From Rhina ancylostomus (Eukaryota): 64,000 nucleotides of DNA. Location: assembly GCA_030265395.1 (NCBI GenBank), contig JARFYF010000017.1, positions 36,393,559-36,457,558 of the forward strand, written 5' to 3'. A program made the translations under genes and the position numbers. The notes under the pieces are model-generated. The model was not told the origin of the DNA. It did not search any database and saw only the letters and a program-made list of their open reading frames with translations. The stretch's first letter is position 1; each line of letters starts with the position of its first letter. This document shows, piece by piece, positions 49,201-61,512 of this stretch.

Positions 49201-49450
49201 GAATAAGGAAACCAGAGAAATTTTGCCTCCAACTTCACAGAAGATTTGGAAACAGTGGAGGATCAAGAGGACTGAATACTTTTAGGATAGAGCAACTGAT
49301 TTTCCGTATTAAGGAAAAAGAATGATCTGAAGTTAGGTCAGGAAAATGGCACCTTGACAAAAAAAAAACAGGCGTGATCTTGTTGAATGATTGAATGGGT
49401 AAGAAGGACCAAATAGTTTCCTCCTGCCTATATTTCTTTTTTTTCCCTGT
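46300..49450 (+). mobile_element. Old CR1 LINE (ORF1 zipper and esterase, ORF2 endonuclease, deleted RT, 3' end), interrupted by another CR1
   Basis: Reads DHFCNKHCRLTNFKSELMSLASEVQTLKFTNEMEDFLD (ORF1 N-terminal part). It resumes after 47400 with PSAGVKD…DPVVVVQLGTNDM (esterase), then endonuclease remnants and a CR1-like tail at ~49380-49450. Confidence 0.7.
46622..47400 (-). mobile_element. CR1 LINE 3' portion inserted in the opposite orientation
   Basis: ORF reads YEGRLEQLGLYSLGFRRMRGDLVGTSTILTGLDRLD…RTEMRRNFLTQ, plus LEYCVQFWS. Confidence 0.9.
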
Positions 49451-51659
49451 ATGTTCTCATAGAATGACAGGAAAAGTGAGACAGTCAGGATGTTGGAAAC
49501 CTTGCAGTGTAAATTGTATGCTATCAAAACAGATGGTCAGCTCATGTTATATTAGCATTTAAAAGTCTGGATGATAACAATAACATCTTATTGTATATCA
49601 CCTATTGATTTTCATCCACTTGAAATAAATATAAAATTATACTGCATTGTAATCTTGCTGCTTCATAAAAATGCCAATACAGGTTTCTTTCTGTCTTGAA
49701 GGGTTTTTCACCAAATAATGAAGTAAATGCTGGGAAATCCCATGTTAAATCATGCACAAGTAAATGTCTGGCCTCAGGATTAGCAAGCAGAAGGGCAAGT
49801 CAGGACAAGATGGAAACACAGCTGTGAGCAATAAGGCTGTCCCGTACAGAAGTTTGGAGCACAAGCAATGTTATCATACAGATTTACAATGAAAGCAGTT
49901 CTGTAGCATTTGAGGTTTTATTCTCCCATGGGTAAAGCCACCAACCTTATCCAGAATTATTTCATCAGCAAGAAAGAAAACAGCACAACACCCCTGAGAC
50001 AACCCATGCCTGTCTGTGTGATTCTACCTACAAGGGTCATGGCTCCGTGGGATGTGTTTGAGAGTTGGGGAGTTTGAGGTAGCGAGTGAGTTGTTTCTGT
50101 GCAACAAAATTGTTGATTTATCCTCTTTCTTGCACATTAGTCACAGGATCTCCAATGGGCAGAATCTAAAGGGAGACAGATACCTCAGTTGGGAAGACGA
50201 CAAAGTAGGCCGAGATCCTGCAATTAAAGTGGGAGGAAGAGGTTAAAGCAATTTTGCGTCAGCTACCTTCACACACCACACTACAGCTGATCGCAGACTG
50301 CCAAACAGAATCTATTTCGAGAAGTTCTGCACTTTGTGGTTTAGTCCCAGTTATCACTACATGACACAAAAGAATGCTAATCGCTAAATAACCTTCCCTT
50401 GTCTCTGCATTGAAATATTTACTAAAGATCATCATAATCATCACAACAAACATTAAACCTATCCAAAGCTTTACTTGCAAAATATCAAGTGGTAATTTAT
50501 CAGCTAGAGAGCCAAACAGTAATGCACGAGTTAAAACAGTTGGCCTGTTCATAGGAGAAGCTGATAGTCTTCTCCTTCACACTAAAAAGTGGTCCACTTC
50601 CAAATTCTGTGCTCCCACTCTGGAACGGCACCTGCCAAGAGTGCATATTGGAGATTCCACTGTGCGCTGCACCTGGCTTTGCCAACCCATAAATGCTCAG
50701 TGATGGACAACGTATCCTGGAATTTCCAAAATGCATTCTCAGCACGTGAGGCTGCCTGCTGGGAAAGAGGTGGTGGAAAATAAGGTTGTGATTGTCCTCC
50801 TGTGGTCACATAGTTGTGAAGCAGTTTCAGTGTCACTAAACATGTAGCTTAAATTTGCATTCAGGTGGGGAGGTCAACCGCGCTAATTTTAGACTCAAGA
50901 CCCTGGGCAGGGCCAAGGCTTGGGCTTCTACCTGCACTGAAGTACTTGGGTGTACTTCCACTACAACTTTGCTTGAAAAAGGTTTTTCCACATGAAAATA
51001 AATTTACTTGGAAAGAAATAGAGTAGATTTATCTGAGAATGAAACATAACAAACTTATCCTCAATCAATTTTTTTCCAGGGAAAATCCTGAATTACCTTG
51101 GAGAACTTTACCTTACATTAAACTTTGAACTGGATGATCTGAGAAATTCACATCTAGGAATATATGCAACATATTTGAACACATATGGCTGCTGATTGTC
51201 TGAGAAAGCATCTCTGTCCTGAGGCACAACTATATAAGCGGAACCACAAGGTGACACAATATAATGCCATGGTTGGATAAAAATCTAATGTTTTCTTTGT
51301 AGTTGTACTCTGAGCTCTCCAGATGTGAACTGGACACAGCTGAATTACCAGCCGAGCAACTGTTGAAATTCAAGGCATCAGCATCTATTTCTGACAACCA
51401 AATAGTCCACCTTGTCCAAGCTGGTATCTCAGTCAGAATCATTTTATTCACAGAGTTGAAACTTTCAACATTGGCTCTCTCTTGTAAATGCAAAGTGTGT
51501 GGTTAATCTGGCATCTGCCAAGTGTTTGGCTTTTTCCTGTGAAATCCCTCAATTCGCATGCGAGGTAAAATCTTGTATCACTAAATCAAGATAGAGGAGA
51601 GATGATGGAAAACGAGGCAAAGGCAGAGAGATAAAAGCAGTTCCTTGGCACCCTACAGA

Positions 51660-51915
51660 TGGGCGGTTTGAGACTGAAAAGAGAAGAGTCTTCACTCAGG
51701 CCGATGAACTGTTGGAATGCTTTTTTTACTGGAGGTACATGGGGGTGTAGTCATTGATTTAATTCAAAACCAACGTCGGTTTCTAGATATTGGAGAAAGC
51801 AAGGGATACAGAGATAGGACAAGTCAATTGGTTAAAAAAAAAATCAGAAGATCTTATCGAATGGGGGTGCAGACGAGGTGTCGGGTGCCTACTCCTCCTC
51901 ATTTCACATGTTCTA
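51660..51915 (+). mobile_element. CR1 LINE 3' end
   Basis: GGCGGTTTGAGACTGAAAAGAGAAGAGTCTTCACTCAG…TCTTATCGAATGGGGTGCAGACGAGG…GCCTACTCCT. Confidence 0.65.
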
Positions 51916-53790
51916 AGGAAGTATCGGTAGGTGCAGCTGCACAAATTATCACATCTCAAACGAGAATAAATTCATGGTCGGATTTATCTGATCACAGAGG
52001 GCAAAACCATGTTTTTCCACTTATTATTTAGCTCATTTCAGGGTGAAGTTTTAGTGCAAATTAGCAATAGAAAAGTGCTAATGTAAATGAGAACAAAAGC
52101 AATTTGAGGACCTCAAGAAGCCGAGCACCCCTGTTCACTCTCACAGGAAGGAGTTGAGTGCTGGCCAGCTCGGGCAAGACAGAGGCAGGGTTTGACCCTG
52201 ATTCACATCAGTGAGATGTGCGCACCCCAGACAATGCTAGATACGACTAGCATAGCATAAACTTTGTTTCAGTGTTGCCAACTGTTCACCCTGAGAATAG
52301 TGTCTATGAACTTTGTGTGTAAATGAATAAAACTAACTGCTGATAACCTTTGTGGGGTCAGATTGAATGAATGACCCCTACAAAAGATACAATCATGTTA
52401 TTCCAACAACAGAGCTATTCGCTGGCACTGCAGCTCACAGACAAACCGAGATGCCCTGGTAGCAATCACATTATCAAGGTCACCACCACTAAATTCTAGA
52501 ATTTGCAGAAGACAACAGTTGGCATCACAGAACATTACTGTGTGTCTGTCAAGATGACCACAGAACATTGGGATACACAGGACATCCTATTCACCAAATA
52601 TGCAGAAAGGAAACTAATGTACAAGCAAAGTACTGGGCCTAATTATTGTCATGTACTTCTAAAAAGGATTGGTGGCCCCTTATATTAACAACTCTTATCA
52701 AACTGAATTGTCATAAAGGAAATGGCTGTGTAGAGTATCTAAGCACAGTTTGGTTTTCTACTATTCTGAAGTTGTGAACTAATAAAGGACAGGGACCTCT
52801 AGTTGTCCAGAATCTGAGGAAATCGTCTTGTCTGCTTAACCCCCAATGCCATCACTGCTGGGCAGTGGTCTAATGTGGTCTCCCACAAAATTAATTTGCT
52901 GCAACAGGAGTTGCGGTTCCAGTATGGTCCTGCCCGCAGTTGCCTTAGAAAATGCATCACTAAGAATGTGCAGTTGTATTAGACAGTTTCTCTCCTGGGC
53001 AATTCCGGTTAAAGTCCAGTGGTATCAATGACATTTTGGCTGCATCAAATTGATACTACAGCTACTGGTCTGTGACCCAGAATACTTGCACTACGGATGT
53101 ACCATCTGTGAATCATTATGTGTCACAAATACTGGTGAGCAGACAGATTCTAGTCCTGTGTGATCTCGTTGATATTCACATCCGCAATAAGGCCTTTGTT
53201 AGCAGAAGAGAGTAGATGGTTTAGCTTATAGAGCTTGGGTTCTTTGTTTACTGTATCAATTGAAGGATCTAAGTTGTTCTGTTCCTTACTGCTACACTTT
53301 TATTTAGGAAGGAAGTTTCATGCACCTCTTATGTATGTTGCATTGCAAATACTCTCATTGCCAACATAAACACCAAAATCATTATGACCAAGACATGGTC
53401 AACTCTGAATGGCGGGAAGAATACAAGAGTGTTTCAGGAAAGGACAGACAGAAACATCTGCGATCTGAGTAAGTGTTTGCAGCTTTTCTTCTTTAAGAAA
53501 TGCAATGATTTAAAAGAAAATCCAAGGTTGCAATCTTTCATCACTTACACAGTGAACAAAGCCAGACAGGAATCTATACCTGCTTCATTATTTCCTTCTG
53601 ACCCCTGATTCTTGGCCTGTCAACATACACATTCTTTCTATTGGCTGTCATTCTGGCATTGCACACCAGCAGCCAGTCTGCCTTTAGGGGCGTTTTGAGG
53701 AGCGAGGAGGCAGAATTGTAAGATATGTGTAGCCACTGATCTAGACCAAACCTGCAGTTGGACACCTTCCATTTTCTATGCTATTTTATA

Positions 53791-54075
53791 AATAGAACAT
53801 AGAACAGTACAGCAAAGAAAAAGGCCCTTTGGCCCACAATGTCTGTGCTGAACACGATCCCAAATCAAACTAAATCTCTTCTGCCTGTACGTGATCCATA
53901 TCCCTCCATCGTCTGCATAGTCATGTCTCAATCTAACAGCCTCTTAAACACCACCATCGTATCTGCTTGCACAACCACCCCTGGCAGCAGGTTCCAGGCA
54001 CCCACCTCGCTCTCTGTTTAAAAACTTGCCCCACATATCTCCTTTAAACATTCCCCCTCTCACTTCGAATGCATG
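53791..54075 (-). mobile_element. CR1 LINE 3' end
   Basis: ATAGAACATAGAACAGTACAGC…GGCCCTTTGGCCCACAATGTCTGTGCTGAAC…GGCAGCAGGTTCCAGGCACCCACC is a typical reverse-complement CR1 tail. Confidence 0.85.
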
Positions 54076-54465
54076 TAAATAGTATAGGCTTGTGATTAGA
54101 ATAATTCACCTTGGTTCATGGGAGGTTTGCGAGGACTTTAATTAGGTGAAGGTGGCGGACCTTCACCCTGGGTGCCTTCACTTTCAGTGCTTTATCCAGT
54201 CTTGGGGAAAAGCTGTATCACTTTGTTGTCTTATTTCATTTGTCGATTCCATTGTGATTAGTTTAAACCTGCATCTTCCTACTCTGACGTTATAATGTGT
54301 GCAGGTGTTCCTCCAACTTGCTTTTGCCATGGATTCATCAGTCTGTTGCCTTTGCTGCTTGCCATCCCTTTGTTGGAACATGTTGAGCTTTTATCCACTT
54401 GAAGCTCCTGGATCTCTCCAAACTTCATTTTTTGCTATTTCACAACAACTCACAGAGTACACCCA

Positions 54466-55765
54466 AACAACAAACTGCTGAGGGAACTCAACAGGTCAAG
54501 TAGCATCTCTGGAGGCAAAGGAATGGTAGACATTTCACATCGAGACCGAGTGAAGAGGGAATGTAGCCTGTGAGGTGAGAGGGGGGCATTGCACAGGCCT
54601 GGAGCCAGGTGAGGTGGGGGGGGGGATCATGGGCAGATGGNNNNNNNNNNNNNNNNNNNNNNNNNNNNNNNNNNNNNNNNNNNNNNNNNNNNNNNNNNNN
54701 NNNNNNNNNNNNNNNNNNNNNNNNNNNNNNNNNNNNNNNNCACGGGGGGGGAGCGGGAAAGGAACACGGGGGGAGCAGGTTACCTGAAAATGGAAAATTC
54801 AGACATTCATACCATTGAGTTGTAGGCTGCCCAAGTGGGGATAAAGAAGGTATAGTTCTTCTAGTTTGCGTTTGGCCTCACCACAGCAGTGGAGGAGGCT
54901 AGCGTCAGACAGTTCGGTGTGGGAGTGGGGAGAGGAACTGAAATGACAAGCAACCAGAAGTTCAAGACGGCAGTTGCAGACAGAGAGCAGGTGCTCCGCA
55001 AAATGGCCGCCAAGTCCACACTTGGTCTCACCAGTGTAGAGGAGGCCACATCGGGAGCACTGAATACAGTAGGCCAGGTTGGAAGAGCTGCACGTGAATC
55101 TGTGCCTCACCTGGATTGGTCATTTGGATCCCTGGATGGTGGCGAGGGAGGAGGTGAAGGGACAAGTGCTGCACCTCCTACAGATGCAGGAGTCAGGGAG
55201 GGATGGATGGGAAGAGATGAGTGAACCAGGGAGTCATGGAGAGAGTGGTCCTTGTGAAAAGCAGGAGGAGGTGGGGTGGGGTGGGGTGGAGTGGAGAAGA
55301 GGGCAAGATGTGACTGGTGATGGGATCCCATTTATCCAGCAGAAATTGGAAAGGATGGTGTGCTGGATGTGGAGACCAGCGAGTAAAAGGCAAGGACCAA
55401 GGGAAATCTACCTCTGTCTGTCCAGGGGGTGGGAGGAGATGTCCAGGAAATGAGGGCTCCATGAATTACAGCAGAGGGGGAAAAAAAAGGACATTTCAGG
55501 AAGTCTCATCCTGAGGACAAATGCAGTGGAGACAGAGAAACTGAGAGAAAGGGATGGCGCCCTTACAGGAAATAGAGTAGGAAGAGGTGTGGTCAAGGTA
55601 GCTGTGGGAGTCAGTGGGTCGATAGTGGATATTGCTGGATAGTTCATCTCCCAAGATGGTGACAGAGTTCCTGGAGAGGGAGAGAAGTGTCAGAAATGGT
55701 CCAGGTGAATTGGAGGGCAGGGTGGACATTAGTAGCATAGGTGATAAAATTAATGAGTTCCGTAC
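54466..55765 (-). mobile_element. Penelope-like element: RT C-terminus, GIY-YIG endonuclease and 3' end
   Basis: ORFs read NIHYRPTDSHSYLDHTSSYSISCKGAIPFSQFLCLHCIC (PLE RT thumb) and FTCSSSNLAYCIQCSRCGLLYTGETKCGLGGHFAEH…HFSS.PHS…LEE…LGSLQLNGMN (GIY-YIG). Confidence 0.92.
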
Positions 55766-55889
55766 AAGGACTTGAGACTAACTAGTCACTGGTATCTCCT
55801 CGTAATGTCAAAATTAACAGAGTAACAAATTTTAAAAACAAAATAAAACTTAGAAAAAATAAAACTTAGCTAAACTTAAAATCAAAAAA

Positions 55890-56030
55890 CTGCTTGTGCT
55901 GGAAATGCAAAATAAAAGCAGAAAATGCTGGAAACACTCAGGTCAGGCAATTTCCATGGAAAGAGAAACAGAGTTAAAGTCTCAGGCCCGGGACACTTTG
56001 TGAGGTGAAGGGTCTCTGATCTGAATCATC
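55890..56030 (-). mobile_element. Penelope-terminus-like short repeat
   Basis: TGCTGGAAATGCAAAATAAAAGCAGAAAATGCTGGAAACACTCAGGTCAGGC. Confidence 0.6.
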
Positions 56031-57289
56031 ATCTAAGCCAAATTTAATTTTTTGACTTAAGGCTGGTGACCCCATCCATATGAATGAGCACCTTGCAACG
56101 ACTGGTAAAAAGCTGAAGAGCCAGATGTGAAGTATATCTGAAGACATTATGGGTGCAATGATGAGTATAGGGGAACAGCGAGATGTCAGACATTGGACAC
56201 CTGACCTCCAGTACGTTCCCCATTTCCAGGCTGCAGTACACAGACACCGAAGTCCAGAATGTGTTGATGTGTGCACTGCAGCTAGCTGAAGTCAGCCAAG
56301 GAACTACTGCCTCCCAACCCACTGCTCTTGGTCATAGACCTTTCGCCAAAACCCCAGGCACCTGATGCATTTCCCAATCCAGGCTACGTATTCAGTTTAG
56401 CTTCTCAGTTTCTCTGTTGTTAGAATGAACAAACTGAGTCGGAAAGGTTCAGTACAATGTTTTAACAGCTGGATAGGAATTCTGCTAGGAAACAATTTTG
56501 TACATTTTTATTAAGAGGTTATAAAATTTATGGAAGGCAGAAAGATGACATTTCCTAAAGGATATGCAAACTGCAAGCTTGCCTCCCTCCCTCAGATTGG
56601 AATGCTGTTTAATATTCTAACATTAACACTTTTTTGTGCGGTATTACATGAACATATGGTATATGGGATCTCTGACTGCAACCTGCAACTGCATTTTTAA
56701 TGTATTCCTTTTAATTAATATTTAATGACATCTATTCCAAGGCTCTCGATGCAGTGACTGATTGTAAACACATGCACTTTACATCTTTATGTAAGTGCCA
56801 CCACTCCTTTTTAATTTTTTGTCTACAATCTAAAATCATTATCACTGTAATCTTTCATTGATCATTAGTCATGAAGGGTACTATGAATAACACATCATTC
56901 AAGCATTAGGGACAGTTCAGAAGGAGCAGCACAAGAGAGATCTTGGTTTCAGCCGAGCATTCAACAATAATATAAAACAAAATAGCCATTTTACACATGA
57001 AAGGAAATAAAGCAGGGCCCTGAAATTTCTTGCTCCTTTCAATAAAGTGTGGGCTTAATGCTCATATGTTTCATTTTAAGGGTGGATTTTCCAGATCGAA
57101 ACTTAAACCCTTCTACTCTTGCCTAAGCTTCCAATCCTGAAGAGGGATGTACTGCACCAGCCCCTCCAATGTTTCCAAATGAGTTGGCAATGACAACAAG
57201 CTCTGAAAGATCAGGATTCCCTTAATCTTTGCTGCTTCCACATGGCCACAGTTACAGCCGAGGGCATTGGTGAACCAATTTGGATTTCA

Positions 57290-57460
57290 TGACAGTCCAG
57301 TACAGTCACGGTGACTATTATTCAATTTTTAATTCCAAGTTTATTTACATCTGTANNNNNNNNNNCGCAAGTAACCTGATGAGCTTCGAACTCGAGCGTC
57401 TAGACCAATGGCTCCAGGCTCTGGGTGCTGTCACTACTCACCACTGCAGCATCACCCCAG
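57290..57460 (-). mobile_element. Decayed tRNA-derived SINE
   Basis: TTTTAATTCCAAGTTTATT…GAGCTTCGAACTC…CTCCAGGCTCTGG…CACCACTGCAGCATCACC, with a B-box-like GAGTTCGAAGC on the minus strand. Confidence 0.45.
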
Positions 57461-57499
57461 ATGCAAAGGTGACCTTGGCTTCTCATGCAAACTTAACTC

Positions 57500-58260
57500 C
57501 ATCCCTTCCACTATCACCTCTCATACGTAAATAAATTCTTCGCAACTCTCTTCAGCAGTTCCAATGTGTCCCTCCCTTCCCCTAACCCACCAGATCAAAG
57601 TCCTCCTTCGATTCCCCCGCACTGACCCAGAAGGCTAACCTTTCTGTAGTTTGCCTTTTATCTCCCACCGCATCTTTCATAAGCTCATCTTCTCCATGAG
57701 AACCATCTCCTAACAAATCACTGACCAGCCAAACACCCACCCTTCTTCCCATTGTATCTGTTCACCTTGTTGGTCTCTCCAAAAGGTACAATCTCTTTCT
57801 CCTTCAAATCTGCCACCACTACACCTCTCATTAAAAAAAACCTTAACCATTAGCACATTGCCAACCTTCCTTCCTGCCACAAAGTTTGTGAATATCCTGT
57901 CACCTCCCAAATACGTGGTTAACTTTCCTGGAATTCCGTGTTTGAAATCCTTCAATCAGGTTTCCTCCCCACCATTGAAAATCTTCTGATCAAGGTCACA
58001 AGTAGTACCACATGGTGATTGTGACCACAGTAAACTTTCCCTGAGGTTCCCTTCTGCAACCTCTGACTGCATCCTCCTCTCCCAATACCCCTGTTCCATT
58101 GTGGAGCTGGGTGGGGTTGGACTCAATTGCCTTGATTTTTGTTCTATCCAAGAATCACCTGCCAGTGAATCACCTGCAATGTCTTCTCTTCCTGTACCAC
58201 TGCCTCCAGAATCCTCCAAGATATCTGCACTCCTTCAGATCTGGTCTCTTGCACACCCTT
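57500..58260 (+). mobile_element. L2 LINE RT fragment, decayed
   Basis: TIENLLIKVTS…GDCDHSKLSL resembles the L2 motif HSTETAL.KVTND.L.D.D.GK.SLL, preceded by RPISNLPFL.K-like sequence (ACCATTAGCACATTGCCAACCTTCCTTCC). Confidence 0.6.
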
Positions 58261-59697
58261 GGTTTTAGTTGTGCAAGTCGTTGTTCTAATTTTTGTTAAA
58301 GTGAAGTGGGGAGATGATCTTGTGGAGCAGGAGTTTATACCCAAATAAACAATCCTTCTGAAAATGATCTGACTCACTGAACAAGTCCACAAGCCAGTAA
58401 CTAATTACTGATCACACTCACAGAATGACTTGTCGTACTCAGATCAATCAATGACTTTCTCCAAATGACTGCGTGCCTTTCATATTGAAAATAAAATACT
58501 AATTTTCAAAGTCATCAATAAGGAATCAACACTGAAAGGACAAATCTGACCACTGCACTCCAACATATTCCAATAGTTTATTGGTCCAGTTTGTTTGTGA
58601 TAGGCTAGGCCAGATGTACAAGATCATAATTTCTACAGATATCATACAGCAGAAAATGTCTGTTTCGCCAGTGAAAGCGCAGATATTTTTGTTAAAATTT
58701 AAACTCTACAAGTGAATTCTTTAGTGTCTTTTGATCCAATTTTATATTTCCCTGAATCATAATTTTTCAGGATTATTTTTAATGACAAATGAATCTGCTT
58801 TTATATAGTCAGATTGCTGTAGAAGTTGTACGCTATGCAAGGCAATGTAATTTTGTTAAGGATTAAAATGTCCACCAGTGTCATTAAAGGCCAGTTGACA
58901 ATTAAGGTCTAACCTCTTTCACGCTGCCTTTTCTCTCTGCACTCGGTTGGGATGTTCTAAGAGGGGCTCCAGTTGATACAATATTTGGCTGAATAATTCT
59001 CAGGATCTATGCCCATCAGAGACTCCTACCTCACAGAGAGCAAGTACCTCAACTGGCTCCATATTTGCAAACTAGTAATGGAAAGGCAAAGTGGAACAAA
59101 TTATTCTTTTAAACATTGTTAGATTTTTTTTCTCCAAATGATGGTCTATAGCCGATGATTCAATCCACCCTCCTAAACATTCACATACAAACTGCCCCAC
59201 ACCCAGTCTTGTGTGTGATGCACCATGCAAATACAATGTTAACTGACTCATTCGATTCAAGTTGTTTTACAAGTCCATGCTTCCAGTCTCTGGGGTTTCA
59301 TGTTAGCAACTGCCTCTGAGCAGGAGCCTGTATAATACCCACAGCATTTAAATACGTAACACTTTTAAGTGCAAGAGAAAAAAGAAAAGATAAAAAGAGA
59401 TCAACTGGATCACCAAACTCAGTCCTTACACAGAGCACTTGCAAATTCCACCATCACCGGCCTGTCGATTGAATGCTTGAGAGAGTTGATCATTAGTAAA
59501 AATAAAACTCCCAAGCTCATGAAAGGCAATCTGTAAGGCACCTTTCAATCAGTTTTGCCTTGATACCTCATCCCTTACCGGCTCACGTTGTGAACAGGAG
59601 AAGGAAGAAGAAAATGACCAGATATACAGCTTCCTACTTCTGTGAACTTGTTTGAACCCGGGGGCATTCATTGTGGTTACCTGAGCAGGTTTCTTAC

Positions 59698-59886
59698 CTG
59701 GAGGTACTGGTTCCATGAAGTTAGCCTGTGCAAGTTCCCGACTTAGAGTTGATACTTTCCCCCAGAAGTTGGGTCATGTGGCTTCCCGACCCTGTGGCGC
59801 TATTTCCTCACATTTCTTGACAATTCCCTTCTTTTGCTGCCAGCTCTGTCATTCTTGTTGGTAGCCGATTTCTGATGGCATTCCCC
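59698..59886 (-). other. Candidate spliced non-coding exon on the minus strand (189 nt)
   Basis: Branch-like CTCTAAC, acceptor CACTTTTTAAACAG|G and donor CAG|GTAAGA. All three frames contain stops. Confidence 0.35.
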
Positions 59887-60160
59887 CTGTTTAAAAAGTG
59901 GTAGCCTGTTAGAGTTCTGTTACAACTGCATTGAAAATACAGGTTGAAATTAGGCTGTCCATTAAAATTAACTTTCCCTTTCTCCAGGCCAGAAACAAAG
60001 GTGTTCTTTGTCATGCCTGGATAAGAATGAGTTATCTAAATATATGAAGGGTGATGTACTTCATATCCATTAAAACCTCCAGTGCAATACACTTTCAGAC
60101 TATAATATTCATATATACTAAGTTAGTTACAAATCCAATACATTTGAAAGCACAAGTTCA

Positions 60161-60166
60161 TTTATT
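60161..60166 (-). terminator. Candidate polyadenylation signal of a convergent minus-strand transcript
   Basis: Minus-strand AATAAA followed by …CTTGTGCTTTCA and GT-rich ATGTATTGGATTTGT. The upstream minus-strand sequence is U-rich. Confidence 0.35.
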
Positions 60167-60989
60167 AAGTTCTCAAATTACAGTGCGAAACAAATAAAAG
60201 TAATTAGTAGAACATTAACATTTGAAAGGCTCTGGAATCTACTTTAAACAAACCTTATAGCTCAGATAGAAAATGTGAATTAAAAAGTAGAAGTTGGAAA
60301 TATAACATGATCTGCCACCTTATATTTGATTTGACAATGTTAATGGTTGAGGAACAATAATCTATTGGCGCTGTGCTAAATCTGCTTTACAAAATATAGT
60401 CTAAATGTGGTTTAATCATTGAATATATTTTTTGCAGCCTCAGACAGGCTAATTGTTGCAAACACAAACTATTCTTTCCTCACATTCTGTGGCTGTAATA
60501 CAGAAAAAGTTGGAGTCCATCAATTTGAAGATTAATGATTATTGTAAATATTCATCATCTCAAGGTTACCCACAGATGAAAGTTCCGACAGAGTAAAAGA
60601 AATGACTGCTGGTTTTAGATATAGTACTGTGTTACCAGTTAAACTCTAAACTTTCACAGTAGGGCTGGTTTGTGCTAGAGTGACCTCTCCACNNNNNNNN
60701 NNCAAAGTTACCACCCTATCTAATGAGAGCCAGAGAGGAGAGCAGCACACTACCTTGTTACATCTAGCTCCCCCTATTGCTGACACATTGTACTGCACCC
60801 CATTTGTTATCTGACATTTAGCAAGGCGCACTATTGAGTTCTGGTCACGCGGTTGGAGATGGTTGCATGAGCAGAGATGTTTTATCCGCCAACACCATAC
60901 ACATGACTATAGATCTCTTTTTGGGTTCACTATTTCCACATACAATTCAAACTGAAAAGTAAAATTTTGCACAAAACCAAATACAATTT

Positions 60990-61250
60990 TAAATAAAGCA
61001 GAAAATCTTGAAAGTACTCAGGCCAGGCAGCACTCTAGAGTATTTCTCTCTCCAGAGGGGCTACTGNNNNNNNNNNNNNNNNNNNNNNNNNNNNNNNNNN
61101 NNNNNNNNNNNNNNNNNNNNNNNNNNNNNNNNNNNNNNNNNNNNNNNNNNNNNNNNNNNNNNNNNNCTCTCCAGAGGGGCTACTGGTTAAATATTTCCAG
61201 CATTTTCTGTTTTACTTCATATGTCCAGCATTTGCAGTATTTTGCTTCTC
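60990..61250. mobile_element. Inverted pair of Penelope-terminus-like short repeats spanning an N-gap
   Basis: AAAGCAGAAAATCTTGAAAGTACTCAGGCCAGGCAGCA … ATTTCCAGCATTTTCTGTTTT…TCCAGCATTTGCAGTATTTTGC. Confidence 0.6.
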
Positions 61251-61404
61251 AAATTACTTCAATCCATTAACATTGAGGTAAGATCTGGATTCTTCCATCT
61301 CGTTGATGATCCATTAGTGCTGTGCTAATACATTCTTCTATTTAAACATCGGAAGAAATCTCTTTCTGTTAAATAGATTGATGCTTATGCCAGAATATTA
61401 AATA

Positions 61405-61512
61405 AATGTGTTAAGTGTACATCCAATATTATCTCCAAGCTGCCAGGTAATATACAGAATACTACACATTGGATGGCAGCTTTAAGTGTACTGGATGTAC
61501 ACTTAACACATT
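61405..61512. repeat. Perfect 21-bp inverted repeat with an inner 9-bp stem (MITE-like)
   Basis: AATGTGTTAAGTGTACATCCA (61405-61425) / TGGATGTACACTTAACACATT (61492-61512). Inner stem AAGCTGCCA / TGGCAGCTT. Confidence 0.9.

Noticed and set aside
50259-50552. 97-aa minus-strand ORF with a hydrophobic stretch
   Set aside because: No family match or exon structure; hydrophobic ORFs arise by chance on T-rich strands.
59165-59225. Minus-strand QDWVW peptide faintly like the ESRP C-terminal KEWVC
   Set aside because: Too short, wrong flanks and no acceptor context.
61047-61186. CTCTCCAGAGGGGCTACTG on both sides of an N-gap
   Set aside because: Most likely an unmerged contig overlap (assembly artefact), not a real repeat.
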